From Felis catus (taxonomy: Eukaryota): a stretch of DNA of 64,000 nucleotides. Each line of letters starts with the position of its first letter. Within the stretch, counting starts at the first letter, position 1. The DNA lies in assembly GCF_018350175.1 (NCBI RefSeq), contig NC_058368.1, forward strand, positions 156,242,001-156,306,000, given 5' to 3'. Below are positions 37,809 through 52,118 of this stretch, piece after piece. The notes under the pieces were generated by a model, which worked only from the letters and a program-made list of their open reading frames with translations, ran no database searches and was not told where the DNA came from. Both the position numbers and the translations under genes were made by a program.

Positions 37809-38914
37809 CACAAATATATGATGGAATATTATTCAGCCACGAAAAAGAAAGGAAATCCTGAAATTTGCAACAACATAGATGGAACTTGAAGGCATTAAGC
37901 TAAGTGAAATGTCTGACAGAGAAAAGACAAATATTGTATAGCTACATTTATATGTGAAATAAAAAAACCCTGAATTCATAGAAACAGAGTATTATGGTGG
38001 TTAGCAGGGGCTGGGGAATGGGGGAAATGGCAAAATGTTGATCAAAGGGTACAAATTTCTAGTTAGAGTAATCATTTCTGAGGCTCTAATGTACAACACT
38101 GTGAATATACTTAATAATAGTGTATTAAGTCGTTGAAAGTTGTTAAGAGAGTAAATCTTAAATGTTCTCACCACCAGAAAGTAATGGTAATTATGTGACA
38201 TGATGGAGATATTAGCTAATGCTGTGGTGGTAACTAACAAAATACATAAGTGTATCCAATCACACATTGTAAATTTTAAACTTACACAATGTTATATGTC
38301 AATTATATCTCAATAAAGCTGGAAGAAAAAAGAATGGTGTACATACAACGCCTGCTTAAGATAGATCAATAGGTTACAAAATAGGAATTATAAGAAAAAT
38401 ACTTTCAAATTAGTGTTATATAGTCATCAGATGAGAAGAGGGTGAGATGGTGTAGAAAAAGTAAAACAATGGCTGCACTAAAGTAGACTTAGCAATATGG
38501 AGAATTCAGAGCAGAGTGTTTTTTTAACAGAATGAGCTATTTCTATCTTGTTCTTTCAGGCAGTGGAGCACAGTGACATAGCAGAGGATCTGCAGTTAGA
38601 CAGTTTGAGTCCTGGCTTCCTTCTGTAATCTTGACCAAATTAATTATCTCTATGCCTTAGTTTCCTCACTGTGTAATAGAGATAACAAATAACGGCACCT
38701 ACCTTGTTGGTTGGTTAGGATTAAATGAGATAATGCACATCAATGTTTGGTGCAATAAATGTTAGCTATTGTTATTTTAGGGAAAATCTTTTCTATAGTT
38801 TCAGGCAAAATAAGTCTTGGTGAGCATAAAGATATAGATATACATTAAGATATATGGATATCTTATATCTTATAGATATATAGATATATATAAAGATAGA
38901 TATCCTATACCTAT

Positions 38915-38924
38915 ATCTATCTAC

Positions 38925-38976
<52 letters not shown>
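38915..38976. repeat. (CTAT)n microsatellite
   Basis: Directly visible in the sequence. Confidence 0.95.
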
Positions 38977-40945
38977 ATAGGGGTGCCTGGGTGGGTCTGT
39001 GAGTTGAGCGTCTGACTTGGACTCAGATCATAAGGTTGCAATTCATGGGTTTGAGCCCCATGTCAGGCTTGCTGGTGTCAGTCTGTCAATGCAGAGCCCA
39101 CTTCAGATGCTCTGTCCCCCTCCTCTCTCTGCCCCTCCCCAACTTGCTCTCTCTCTCAAAAAATAAAACATAAAAAAAATTATTGAAGACCCCCAAGAGT
39201 TCTTAAAAAAATAAAGATAATACAATGTGCAACCCGTTCAAGTCAATGTAGACTTTATTCTAATAGGGCTATAAGTTATTGTAATTGTATTAATATTTAT
39301 AAAGAATGTTTATCATTACGTTATTTCACTTATTTCAAAGTATATTTCCTTGATAAATAAAATTTGGTCATTGGGTCAGATATTAGTAGCAAATATGGTT
39401 GATCCATTAAGAATTAGTTTAGCAGTTCTCATACTACATTAGAAGCAGTTACTCATTTTGTTTTCTTCCCCTAGTGGGTCTAGCTCAGAACCTTAAACAT
39501 GGAAGCTGCTATATGCCTTGCCAATGTTAAATGCTCAATAAAGCTGCACCAAATTGATTTTCAGGTAGTCCACCTGAACAGTGCTGTCTGAAATCTCTTT
39601 TGCAAGCGACAAAGCACTATACACCTTAAAACAGGGTCCAATCACATGATGGTTAAGTACACGGGTCTTGGAGACATGAAGACCAACATATGAATTCTGA
39701 CTCTGTACAACATGGCCCAGAGTAAGTTAATGTTTCTAAGCTTCTTTCTTTGTTTATGAAATTGAGATAATAAGAAAAAGAATGCATGTGGCACAGTGCC
39801 TGGCATATGGAAAGTATTAATTTAACAAGTGATTTACACCAACGGTTAGATAAAGGAGCTTGAGAAAGATCAGTGCACCTAGACTTGCAGAAAATGTTTC
39901 AAATTTTGGTGTTAAAGCCTACACACATAGTTTTCTCTCACGAATGAGAAAACACCTCAATATCAGCCCTAAAGACTCCATAGCAACTTACACATATTTT
40001 CAACCATATGGATCTTTTCTTCTGTTATAAACTATATTTAGCATATATAAAACTTTCATGTTTTAAACACTTTACAAGTAAGCAGGAATTCTTTTAGAGA
40101 ATATAAAAATTTTTAGAAAATAAGTACACTCATGAAATGCATTTAAAATTTATGTAACAATTAAAATGAAAATCTATTTGCTTTGAGCAAAACTGTAATG
40201 TTCCTAAATTAGCTGACTTTGCATTCTGCCATAACCTAAAGTTGGCTGATGCATGTCTGTTCTGTGATATGATATAGCTTCCAGAGGAAAATAAAAAAAA
40301 TATAAGATAAAACATTAAACTACTTGAAAATTCATATATCACAGTATTTTGGTATTCTGGCATTTTATTAAGGAAGGTATGTAAAAATATGGTGAGCTAT
40401 GGAAATTTTTAAAAGTGATCATAAATTCAAAGACAGCAATTCACCAAATAACAATTTTCAAACGCTTAAAAACTATAGTTTATGTACCTATTTAGAAATA
40501 TACCTCAGAATTTTTACATAAAAGCATGACTAATAATTTTAAAAAATATTTTTATCGTGATTTTTCTCCACTAGTGGGAAATTAAAATGGTGACAGAAAA
40601 GTTTATTATATCACAATTTCTTTCTTTTTTCCTTTACCTTTTATATAAAATTAGGAATTTTCAAATCACCTTTTCTTTATGGATATTCTTATAGAAATGA
40701 TACTAGAGGAACTTTTAAAATGCTATGCCTCTGTGACCAATTATGATATAGACTTTTATAGTTACCATTTCACAATAGCTCTTTATTGGAATTGACTAAA
40801 AGAATACAATTCTAAACGTCCAATTTTAGTTCATGTGAATTTCAACAAATCTTTAACAATTCTCTTTACCTAATGTGTTTCAGGTTGGGAAGATACAATG
40901 GGTTAAGAATTATACTTTTCTGTTACATATATGAGAATATTGATT

Positions 40946-40952
40946 CATATAT

Positions 40953-41003
<51 letters not shown>
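40946..41003. repeat. (TA)n microsatellite
   Basis: Directly visible in the sequence. Confidence 0.95.
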
Positions 41004-41009
<6 letters not shown>

Positions 41010-41303
41010 CAGTTTCACCCAGTAATTTATGCAATCAAAAAAACCAAAACTCTTACTGGCAACATTTCTGACTTACATTTTCAATATCTTTAACAATTTA
41101 AAGAACAGGAAGAAAAGCACATCTAGGACTATACCTACAGAAAAAGAAATGCAGAAGAGAAATGTGCACTGAAAAATTTCATAATATTTATTTTCTGATT
41201 TAGTTTTAAGTTTGCAGTAAGTTTCACCAAGTAGAAAAATGTTAGAAAATTAAAGGTATCAAAAGGCTTAAGTCAAACCGAACAAATTTAAAAAATCACT
41301 AAC

Positions 41304-41973
41304 CCAAAGCATGCACTGATCCTCTATGCCTGCTGGAGCTCTTGCTTGTTTTAATCACACGGATAGCACTTTCTTTGAACTGCAGCTCACAAAAATTTTC
41401 AAGAAACTTTGCCATTTCTTCTGCAACAGTATCCAGGTAAGTTTCTTTAATGAATTTCAACGTTGAGGTGGGAGCTAAAATTTCGTGTAGTGTGTTAAAA
41501 TCTTCTTTTATCATTGAGTATAACCTAAGCATAGTACTTTGGTATCCATGAGCCATTATGTCTAAATTCAATTCTCTGCTATAAGCAGGAAAACAGTTCT
41601 GCAGGAGCTCAGCCAACAGTTTATTCTGTATGCTTTGGTACTTGATTATAACTTCTGATTCTGGATAAAGAAACAACAGTTGTTGTATGCACTGCTTTTT
41701 CAACCAAATTTTGTGCTGTGAATTGATGATTTCATTATGGCTTTGTAATTTGTTCACTAAGAAGCGTCGAAGATGTAGTCTTATGTTATCCCAGATAGAC
41801 TGTACATCCATGGAGGAATCATCTTCCACAGAATGAAGAGAAGTCCGAGAGAGGAAATGGAAAGATGTTCCACTTAGAGTTGCCGGGAACGAAACGCTGC
41901 TCTGGCAGGAGAGATCCCAAAGTAAATCCAGTATCACTTCTTCTTGATTTAGTTCACTCTTCAACGAATCTTG
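41304..41973 (-). CDS. KIAA0825: KIAA0825 third coding exon ([23 protein letters not shown]...HRGSVHAL)
   Basis: Matches ORF 41299..41964. Acceptor ttattag|CAA, donor TTG G|gttagt. 670 nt, cumulative 970 nt, phase 1. Confidence 0.96.
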
Positions 41974-43076
41974 CTAATAAAAATAAATTATAACATGAGA
42001 AATGTGATTAGCTGTAAGAGTAATAGTAAAAATGATTTCTATAGTCACACAATTTCATACTAATTCATTTCAATGTAGAATCAATACTCAAATGGTCTTC
42101 AAGGGGTTTTTTTTGTTGTTGTTTTTTTGTGTTTTTTGCATTTGGAATTTAATCAATTCAGGTATTTTAGAAGGTTAGCTTTATGATCCGTTAAATTATG
42201 CATGCTCAGGTGATGATCTATATTTTCAGTTAGCCTTCCAAACATAATATAGTTTTCAGCCCCCATTGTTATCTATCCCCAATATAATCTGAGCTGCAGC
42301 TTGAAAATTCTAAATAAAAACCTATAGCAAAACGTTGATTGAAATGTATTCCTCTGACAAAATAAACTCAAGATTATGTCCCTAAGTGATTCCTGGTAGA
42401 AAATTTTCATGCCTGAATAAGCATATCTATTATTATAGAACCCCAAATGAACATACAAAATGGAGACCTTTAAATATAGTCTGTGCCCAGAGGTTACTAA
42501 TACCTGCCATCCTGAGAAATAAAATATAATATAAAGACATTAACTTCATTTAAGTCCGTTTTCGAGAGCCATGTTAAGAAATATTTTACTTTGGAAATTA
42601 ATCTGAGAATATTTCAGTTCTCTCCAAAAAGATAAGTAACTCAATATGGGGAAAAAATACTCTCAGAATCATTCCCCAAAAGATGATACAAAATTATTCC
42701 TTTATGCCTTCTGTGTTGCCAGAAAACAATGATAGGTATAATTATGAATAGTAAAGGAATAAAAAAGTTACTTTCTTTTTAGACCTTGTATTACATGCAC
42801 ACATTCTCCTTACATGCTGAATTTCCTAATTTTGTCTCTTTCAGGTAGCACTGAAATTAGTTTATATTCTCTGAGTAGTAACAAGCTGATTCTAAGAAAA
42901 CTGGAAGCAAAATTCAAGTGGCATTAAATAAGGCTGGCTTTGAAATTTCCTATTGACAAAGATACCACTGGTATTATGTATGATTCAGAATTATGCAGAA
43001 GTCATGCGAATTCCAGGAATTTGCTCTGAAGCCATTCTAAGCAGTGCTCTATCCAATTTAATGTTCCATATGTAAT

Positions 43077-43132
<56 letters not shown>
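43077..43132. repeat. (GATA)n microsatellite
   Basis: Directly visible in the sequence. Confidence 0.97.
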
Positions 43133-44979
43133 TATTTTATTATATAAAAAGCACTTATCTATCAAGTCTTTGGCTTATTCACAATAAAAATTCTGTGATA
43201 CAGATATTTAGAAACCCAGTTTGCAGATAAGGACACTAACATGCAACATGTTTAAGGTACTTTCCAAATGTCACACACAGTAAAGCACAAGACCAAGAAT
43301 GAATCCATGGCTTCATTCTCCCTATCTATGTTCTTTCTACTACACTCCAGAGAGCCACAAAGTGCACTGATCTTTCTGAAGCTTCTCTCTCTCTCTCTCA
43401 TCCCTCTCTATTTAGTGCTTTTGATACTTCTAGAAAAAAATGGTAAATTCTATGAAACAAACAAGTCATGTTAGTGCCTCTATCTTGGGTTTCTTTTAAT
43501 CAGTCTAAATCTGTAAATATTTGATCAAACAATATTTAAAGAATAATAGGTTCAGGACATGTGTATAGTATGACTACTTAAGTTTGAGAATAACTTCAGT
43601 ATAATTGTCATAATGAGAACCTCTGTTTCTTATTTAAGTACTTAGATAATAAATTAAAAAATGTCTATTAAAAAAAAGAAAGCTATGAAAAATGGCTGTT
43701 AAGATTGACAGCTTTAGCATGTAAAAACTTTATAATAAGGTCGTTTCAACCCGAATCTGTTTAATAATGTGGTTCTTTCCTCAAAATAACATGATCAATT
43801 ATGTAAAAAAAAAAAAAAAAAAAAAACCTAGGTCTGGAACAACCCTATCAGTTTAATGAATTTGAGCAAAACTAAAGCGGCCTTTGCCCTGCAGTGAATA
43901 CAGAATGACTTATGTGTGACAGATTAAAAGATAATTAAAAGCTTTTGCTTTTAATTAAATGAGAAAGCATTATTACATCAATATTAATGAAATTCAATAC
44001 ACATGGCTCTTAATAGAAATTAAAGGAATAACTATGTCCATATTTATTCTTCAAGCCTGCACCTTCAAGAGATAATGGGTGAGGGGATTTTCTTAAAAGA
44101 ATAGGCTTCAGGGCACATAGTCTTCCTTTCTCTTCCTCCTATTACTTTGTAAACATTAAAGAGACATCTGCAATAATAACAATAGCCAAAACTTTTCATC
44201 TGATTCTGTCATCCTAAGCCATCTACAACCTCAAGATATTTTCCACATCTGCCTTAGTCAATGTTTGATGTTTAGACAAAAACAGTGCCTTTTTTCCCCC
44301 TAAAGAAAATTAAAACCATAGCCACAGACATACTGCTTTCTAACAATCATGCTGTTTCTTTGGGAAACTGTTGTTGCAAGCTACTCCTTGTAGATATAGG
44401 GGTAATAAAGTAAGTGTTCTTACTCCATGGCTACAAACACATCCTAACATAGTGAGTGGTCAGTATCAAAGAATGACCAATGTAGTATTTCCCCATCAAT
44501 TAACAGTGGTCTTGTAGAAATTACTGCCTTGCTTGAAAAAACTGGGTATGCCTGCAGTTTGGGAATACACGGAATGATAGACAAGGCAACTTAAAAGATA
44601 CAATCAACGGTGATCTCATTATGCTTAATAATAAGCACAGAGAAGATGAGTGGTTGTGAAGGACATAAAACATAATAAATATGAACTTTTCTGGTAGACA
44701 AATGTGTGGTACGTATCAATCTACACATTTTGGAATTATAATGTTTAATCTCCATTTATATAAAACTTCATTTTATTGATACAAATCATTGTAAAAGGTA
44801 AAAAACAAACAGCTCACTGTACTCCACTGGGGATACAGAAACCAAACAAAACCCCAACCCCTAGATATGGTAGGATAACAAGGTCACTAAAATATTTACA
44901 TATAAGAAGCTGAATGAATTATATTCCTGTTCACCCACCCCACCTCACTATAAAACAAAGGATTTTTTTTTTTTTTTAC

Positions 44980-45148
44980 CAGTGTTGTGAGGAATTTTAT
45001 CAAATCTCCATGGGGAATGGAAGGTGACTTGGATGAATTATAATTATAGTTATCTAGCCACTCAAAACAGTCAGTTGTCGTTTGCAGCTGCACATCTGGA
45101 CACTGCTTGTTAACTTCAGATTGTATTTCTTTAATGCAATGTTCTATG
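44980..45148 (-). CDS. KIAA0825: KIAA0825 second coding exon ([31 protein letters not shown]...[11 protein letters not shown])
   Basis: Lies within ORF 44896..45300. Acceptor ttttatag|C, donor CTG|gtaaaa. 169 nt, cumulative CDS 300 nt, phase 0. Confidence 0.95.
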
Positions 45149-47239
45149 CTATAAAAAAGAAAAGAAAAGATTATTTTAGTAGGAAACAAGTAATGGCTCC
45201 ATGTCATAATATCACAGGACCTGAGACATTTATACGTGGTACCTGGTTGAATATGGTTTACAAAATTATAAAGCATTCTTACGATAGGAAACAATAACAA
45301 AGAGACTACATATTTTCATTCATAATTGAAAACTGAATGCTCAGATTTTCTGGCAATTTCCTATCACACACAGTGGAGGAAATACAAGATATAAGATATC
45401 TAGATACTCTGAGATGAATCAGAAATCATTCTGTGTTACAACAAAAATCAAGCATGGCTACAATGAAATGATGGTCCTCTTGATAAGCAGTAGATGGAAT
45501 GCAGAGATAAGATACTCATGTTGACTAATGATCATAAACATAGTCTACTAATAGGTGAATGACTATACAAATTATGGAAAACTTCAATCAATGGGATATT
45601 AAAATGTCACAAAGCAATTACAAAAACCTTGTAATTTTAAAAGTTGTAAAACATAGATACATGCTGTATACACACTGTTATTACAGCCAACTATCTTTTC
45701 CTGCCCTGGAACTCCACTCCAAAAAACAAAAACAAAAACATACTAAACACTGTATTTTAAAAAAAAAAAAAAAAGACTGGAAGGAAATGAAACAAAACAA
45801 ATGGTTAATAGCAATTATCTTTGGGTAATGAAATTGATCTTTTACATTTTACTTTTCTATAATTTTCTAAAGTTTTAGAAAGTATATAACACTCATTTAC
45901 CAAAAAATAAACTAAAAACAGAAAAACTTGTCCAATTGAATCTTTCAATACATATCTGATTTAAAAATAATATACAGAGTACCCTTAGTTCTAACACTAA
46001 ATGGATATACTATGTTATTTTAATTTTCATATAAAATCTGTGGATTCATGATTATAAATCTTCATGGTATAAACTGATGACCTTAAGCAGAATGTCATCT
46101 GTGGAGCCACATGGATATAACATATTACTACCACCTGATGGCAGCATATCTAAACTGCAAGAAAGCTTATTAACAGAAAAATTCTTTTGAAGCTGACTGC
46201 CCTCACCCAAAATTGACAGCTATGCATTTGCCTCTTAATAGTATTAAGAAAGATCTGTTACTAAAAAGGTTATTACTGTTTTGAAAATATCATTGCTATT
46301 AATTATAGATACCATGCGACAAAATTATTTAAGCTTCGGAAACCAAACTGATTATTAAAACTGATGTCATATGAATGGCTCTTCAAAAATCATCAGGTGT
46401 GGGTTGCCTATAAAACACACTGTCAATTTAAGGAAGGCTTTTCAGGAGACTTCTGAGCATGAGTGAATTCAAACTGAATTACCATGAAACAAATAACATT
46501 CTGAGACTCAAAGAGCTTTTTCATGAAAACAAGAAAAAGAATACCTCCTTAGGCCACAGGCCATGCAATTTCCTGATGGGACAATTCTATTCAGGAATAC
46601 CAGTTCCAAGTCAGCCTTAATATTGGCAGATATGTTTTTAACTTATGTAAGCACATCTATGGATGAGAAACATGATACCTGAAGCATACACCTTAACTCT
46701 AGGGACCCTTTAACAAAGGTTTTTATTATAGCATCCTCACATGTCTCATTCAATGAAACCTAATAGATGATAGCAAAGTGAATTGGAAAGGCTCAGTGCT
46801 GAGTCTGCCTAAATCTGTTTCAATCAAGACTCAGCTTTTAGGCTAATCTCTAACATCTGAATCTGGGTAGAGGCCAATAACCACAATCTATAAATAGGGT
46901 AAAGCCTTCTGAAGGCTAGATATTTTAGTAATTTGTCCAAACACTGATAAAGGGACTGAGCAGTTAGTTGCATTTCAGACCACCTCCCTCACTGATACAA
47001 ACTAAGACAGTTGAGCTGGCTTTTAAAATCACAGATTTTGGGGGTTCCTGAGTGGCTTATTCGGTTAAGTGTCTGACTCTTGACTTCAGCTCAGGTTATG
47101 GTGTCATGCTCCATGAGAATGAGCCCCAACTCAGGCTCCTCACTGTTGGGATTCTCTTTCTCCCTCTCCCCCACCCACACTCTTGGTCTCTCTCTCAAAA
47201 TAAATAAACTTAAAAAGTTTTTGTCATAAATTTTTTTTT

Positions 47240-48258
47240 ACATATTTACTTATTTATTTATTTATTTATTTTTTATGAAACTTATTGTCACATTGGTTTC
47301 CATACAACACCCAGTGCTCATCCCAAAAAATGCCCTCTTCAATACCCATCACCTCCCCTCCCCTCCCTCCCACCCCCATCAACCCTCAGTTTGTTCTCAG
47401 TTTTTAACAGTCTCTTATGCTTTGGCTCTCTCCCACTCTAACGTTTTTTTGTTTTTTTCCTTCCCTTCCCCCATGGGTTTCTGTTAAGTTTCTCAGGATC
47501 CAAATAAGAGTGAAAACATATGGTATCTGTCTTTCTCTGTATGGCTTATTTCACTTAGCATCACACTCTCCAGTTCCATCCACGTTGCTACAAAGGGCCA
47601 TATTTCATTCTTTCTCATTGCCACGTAGTACTCCATTGTGTATATAAGCCACAATTTCTTTATCCATTCATCAGTTGATGGACACTTAGGCTCTTTCCAC
47701 AATTTGGCTATTATTGAGAGTGCTGCTATAAGCGTTGGGGGTACAAGTGCCCCTATGCATCAGCACTCCTGTATCCTGTGGGTAAATTCCTAGCAGTGCT
47801 ACGGCTGGGTCATAGGGTAGGTCTATTTTTCATTTTTTGAGGAACCTCCACAATGTTTTCCAGAGCGGCTGCACCAGTTTGCATTCCCACCAACAGTGCA
47901 AGAGGGTTCCCGTTTCTCCACATCCTCGCCAGCATCTATAGTCTCCTGATTTGTTCGTTTTGGCCACTCTGGTGTGAGGTGATATCTGAGTGTGGTTTTG
48001 ATTTGTATTTCCCTGATGAGGAGCGACGTGGAGCATCTTTTCATGTGCCTGTTGGCCATCTGGATGTCTTCTTTAGAGAAGTGTCTATTCATGTTTTCTG
48101 CCCATTTCTTCACTGGATTATTTGTTTTTCAAGTGTGGAGTTTGGTGACCTGTTTATAGATTTTGGATACTAGCCCTTTGTCCGATATATCATTTGCAAA
48201 TATCTTTTCCCATTCCGTTGGTTGCCTTTTAGTTTTGTTGATTGTTTCCTTTGCTGTG
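47240..48258 (-). mobile_element. Younger carnivore LINE-1 3' fragment (about 1 kb)
   Basis: ORF2 C-terminal peptides ([42 protein letters not shown]), an A-rich tail, and similar flanks tgtca(t/c)aaa-ttt at about 47222 and 48257. Confidence 0.9.
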
Positions 48259-48509
48259 TCACAAAATTTTCAATGTCAGAACTTCTGATTTTGTTTTTAG
48301 TTGGCTAAACATCTTGTCATTCTGCCATTCACCACTGTCTAAACATCTTGCTTTAAAAAAACAAAACAATAGTTGGAAGTGTAGAGATTTATTGCCCGAT
48401 TAGTATACAAAGGTATTATTTTCAAAATTTAAGGTGAAAGCTTGATATGTAATTTTTATTGAGGTCAAAATTAATTCAAAATTACCTAAAATGTAAAATT
48501 ATTTTCTTT

Positions 48510-48975
48510 TTATTTATTTTTTTAAAATTTTTTTTAACGTTTATTTATTTTTGAGACAGGGAGAGACAGAACATGAACAGGGGAGGGTCAGAGAGAGGGA
48601 GACACAGAATCTGAAACAGGCTCCAGGCTCTGAGCTGTCAGCACAGAGCCCGACGCGTGGCTAGAACTCACGGACTGCGAGATCATGACCTGAGCTGAAG
48701 TCGGCCGCTTAACCGACTGAGCCACCCAGGCGCCACTAAAATTATTTTCATATATGGGGCGCCTGGGTGGCGCAGTCGGTTGAGCGTCCGACTTCAGCCA
48801 GGTCACGATCTCGCGGTCCGTGAGTTCGAGCCCCGCGTCAGGCTCTGGGCTGATGGCTCCGAGCCTGGAGCCTGTTTCCGATTCTGTGTCTCCCTCTCTC
48901 TCTGCCCCTCCCCCGTTCATGCTCTGTCTCTCTCTGTCCCAAAAATAAATAAACGTTGAAAAAAAAAAAAAAAAA

Positions 48976-49023
<48 letters not shown>
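48510..49023. mobile_element. Two felid CAN-SINEs in inverted head-to-head orientation
   Basis: Minus copy about 48510-48734 and plus copy about 48756-49023. The motif aaaattattttc recurs at 48495, 48738 and 49021. Confidence 0.92.
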
Positions 49024-49026
<3 letters not shown>

Positions 49027-49426
49027 ATTTTCATATATGTGTAGTAGTAATATTGCTGATGGCGATCATAATCTTGGATGGGAGGAGGTCTATATAACTT
49101 CAGAGGTAGATGATGTAAGACCCTAGGTCTAGGATTTTTGAAATAACAAGGTACTTGTCTTTATTCGGGTTTAAGTGTTTTCTGATTAACTGTAAGATGC
49201 TTCAAATTTTCTTTAGAAGAAAGGTCAGTCATAAAAAAAACTACCAAGATAATTCAACAAATAGAAATCCAATTAACACTTTTATTGTTAGATCCTAGAC
49301 ATTAGCCCAAAAATGTAAACAGTCTAAAAACAGATGTAGAATCTCTTCCCTAAATAGTTTAAAGTCCCAAATTTACACCATTAGTTGGCTTAGTAAGGCC
49401 TTTTTTTTTTGAGAGAGCAAGAGAAC

Positions 49427-49473
<47 letters not shown>

Positions 49474-52082
49474 CGAGCATAGGCACACAAGTGGGGAAGG
49501 GGCAGAGGAAGGAGATAGAATCTCAAGCAGGCTCCATGCCCAGTGGGGCTCAATCCCATGACCTTGGGATCATTAGCAAGAACTTTTTTTTTTTTTCATT
49601 AGAAGAACTTTTAAAAGCATTTTTTTTAGCCTTATCCACTGAAACCATCTTAAATGTCTATCAACAAGAAAATTATTAAATTATTAAATAGTTAATTCAC
49701 CGAGTGGAAGAGAGCCATGAAAATAAAAGTAGAAATGTAGCTATCAACATGGATGAATCTTACAAATACACTGTTGAGAGGAAAAGGTACAAATAAATAC
49801 ACACAGTATGATACTATCCACACAACAGTTTGAAAATCTGCCATGCATCAGTACACCTTATTATAAGGGATTATAAGCATAGGTAGTCGAAGTGGAAGGA
49901 AATGTGCTGGAGCGATCACCATCACCAAATCCGGGGTGGAGATGAGAAAGTGGATGATATTGGAGAAAGGCATATAGTGAGCCTTTGCAGTCCTAGTATT
50001 GTTTTATTCCTTAAGCTGGATGATGAGTGTATGAATGTTTATCATTAATACCCTTTATGCCTTTTCATATGTCTCAACATTTCTTAATAAATTTGAACCC
50101 AATGTACTTTTTTAGAAGATATCTGTGGTGGTTTTCTCATTCAACATTCACCCCTGGGTACCCTGAGTGTAAAAATTACTTATTGAATGAAGACATGTTC
50201 GATCAACATTAAGTGAATGCTGAATATGTGGCAGGCACTGTGATATATACTTGGGATCCAAATGTGAATAAGACAGGGTCCCATCTCTAAAGGAATTCTG
50301 TCTAATGAGAGAGACAGACCTGTAAATAAATAACTTCATTACAGTAAGACTTGATAAGAGGTGTGTACAGTGCTAAGGGACTACACAGGAGGCAGCTGCT
50401 AAATGTGCCTTGAAAGGTATAGAAAACTTATAGAAAAGGAAATTATATGCAAGGATATTGATGCTTTAAGAAAAGTAATGGGGGGCGCCTGGGTGGCTCA
50501 GTCGCTTAAGTGACTGCCTTCAGCTCAGGTCATGATCTTGTGGTTCATGAGTTCGAGTCCCACGTCAGGCTCTGTGCTGACAGCTCAGAGCCTGGAGCCT
50601 GCTTCGGATTCTGTGTCTCCCTCTCTCTCTGCCTCTCCCCTGCTTGCACTCTATCTTTCTCTCTCTCAAAATTAAATAAACATTAAAAAAATTTTTTTAA
50701 AAGAAAAAAGAAAACTAATGGGATCACTGTTCTTAGAATTCCCTGACATCTGACCCCTGAGAATTTAGTGATCATCTAACTTTATTGCCATGTCACTTAA
50801 AAAACAATGTTTATTTGGATAATGAAAAATAGTTTATTTTTATGGTCACAACTATATTTATGTATGCATGTAGGTGTGTATCTTTACTTCCAAAAAAGGA
50901 CTGAGATGTCTTACAGTTAGACAGCATTGAATAACAAAAGTGTAAGAGCCTATTAATACCAGGCTGGTATAGGTGAGGATAGGGAGAGGAACTGAGAAAA
51001 AGAGAAGAGAATATTTATGACATAAAATCTAGAAGCTTTATTGTAAAAGTTCTTTCAAGATTTAAAACACAGAGTTTTTATTATTCAACCACATAATAAT
51101 TCAAAGGAAAAAAAAAAGTATGTTCCATTGGGGAAAATTATGACAATGTTTTTGATGTAAAGGTTGTAGAAAACATTTTGGTATACGTTCATGGAAAGCT
51201 AGAATTTCTATTTTTATTTTTGAAATCAGAGTAGAGGTGTCATGGTAGAGATTAAGATTTTTACAGTAAGAGAAATCTAAACATTAAAAAAATTCATTTC
51301 ATGTTTTTAATGCTCTTGTTTATACTGTTTACCCACAACATAAATTCAGTCTAAAGAAAAGACTTTTTGAATCTATCACATGTTTAAAAGCACAAATAGT
51401 TATGAGATAAACAGTTTTGCAGTTTTTAGCTAAGTCCAATTTATCTAACTAGATTAGTAAAATTCCTAGGAATTAATAAGTAATTAATAGGGAAGAGGGC
51501 TGATATATAAAAATTAGTAATTAAACTATAAGCCAGCCATAAAAAAAAGCTTATTTTCCTGAAACAAACGTATTTTGGGATAGTACTTTCTAAAAGGTTG
51601 AGAAAAGGATTCATAAAACTATTTTAATGGCTAAAAAGTATAGTAAGAAATTAAACATCTATGCCAAACTGTCTTTTATTTCAAAGAGATTTTGGTCATT
51701 TCAAAATGTCTTAAGTATAGTTGCAAGGAAAAAACATCCTCAACACCAAATCCTATTAACACTATCTGTTTAAATCTTTCTTAAATGTATCCTCCCCTTT
51801 CAATTCTTACTGTGACAGACTGGGTTCAGTTTCTTTTTAATCTCTCATCTGAAATATACAAATAACCTCCCAAGATTCCTGTTGTTATGTTCAGTTATTC
51901 TATGAGGAATGTAGGAAGAAAGAAACTTTTGGGGTGCCTGGGTGGCTCAGTCAGAAGAGCATCTGACTCTTAGTTTTGGCTCAGGTCATGATCTCGCAGT
52001 TTGTCGGTTCGAGCCCTGCATTGGGCTCTGTGCTGACAGAGCCTGCTTGGGATTCTCTCTCTCCCTCTCTCTCTGCCCCTGC

Positions 52083-52118
<36 letters not shown>

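Larger units (their letters stand above)
35041..38330 (+). mobile_element. Decayed 5'-truncated LINE-1 (ORF2 RT/C-terminus plus 3' UTR), interrupted by SINEs and a U2 fragment
   Basis: ORF2 remnants [35 protein letters not shown] and [12 protein letters not shown]. Ends in an L1 3' terminus (tcaataaagctggaag-A-rich). Confidence 0.92.

Noticed and set aside
48588..49034. 148-aa ORF with a poly-Phe run, and similar 'MAQSV...' ORFs elsewhere
   Set aside because: These are translations of CAN-SINE sequence and poly(A) tails.
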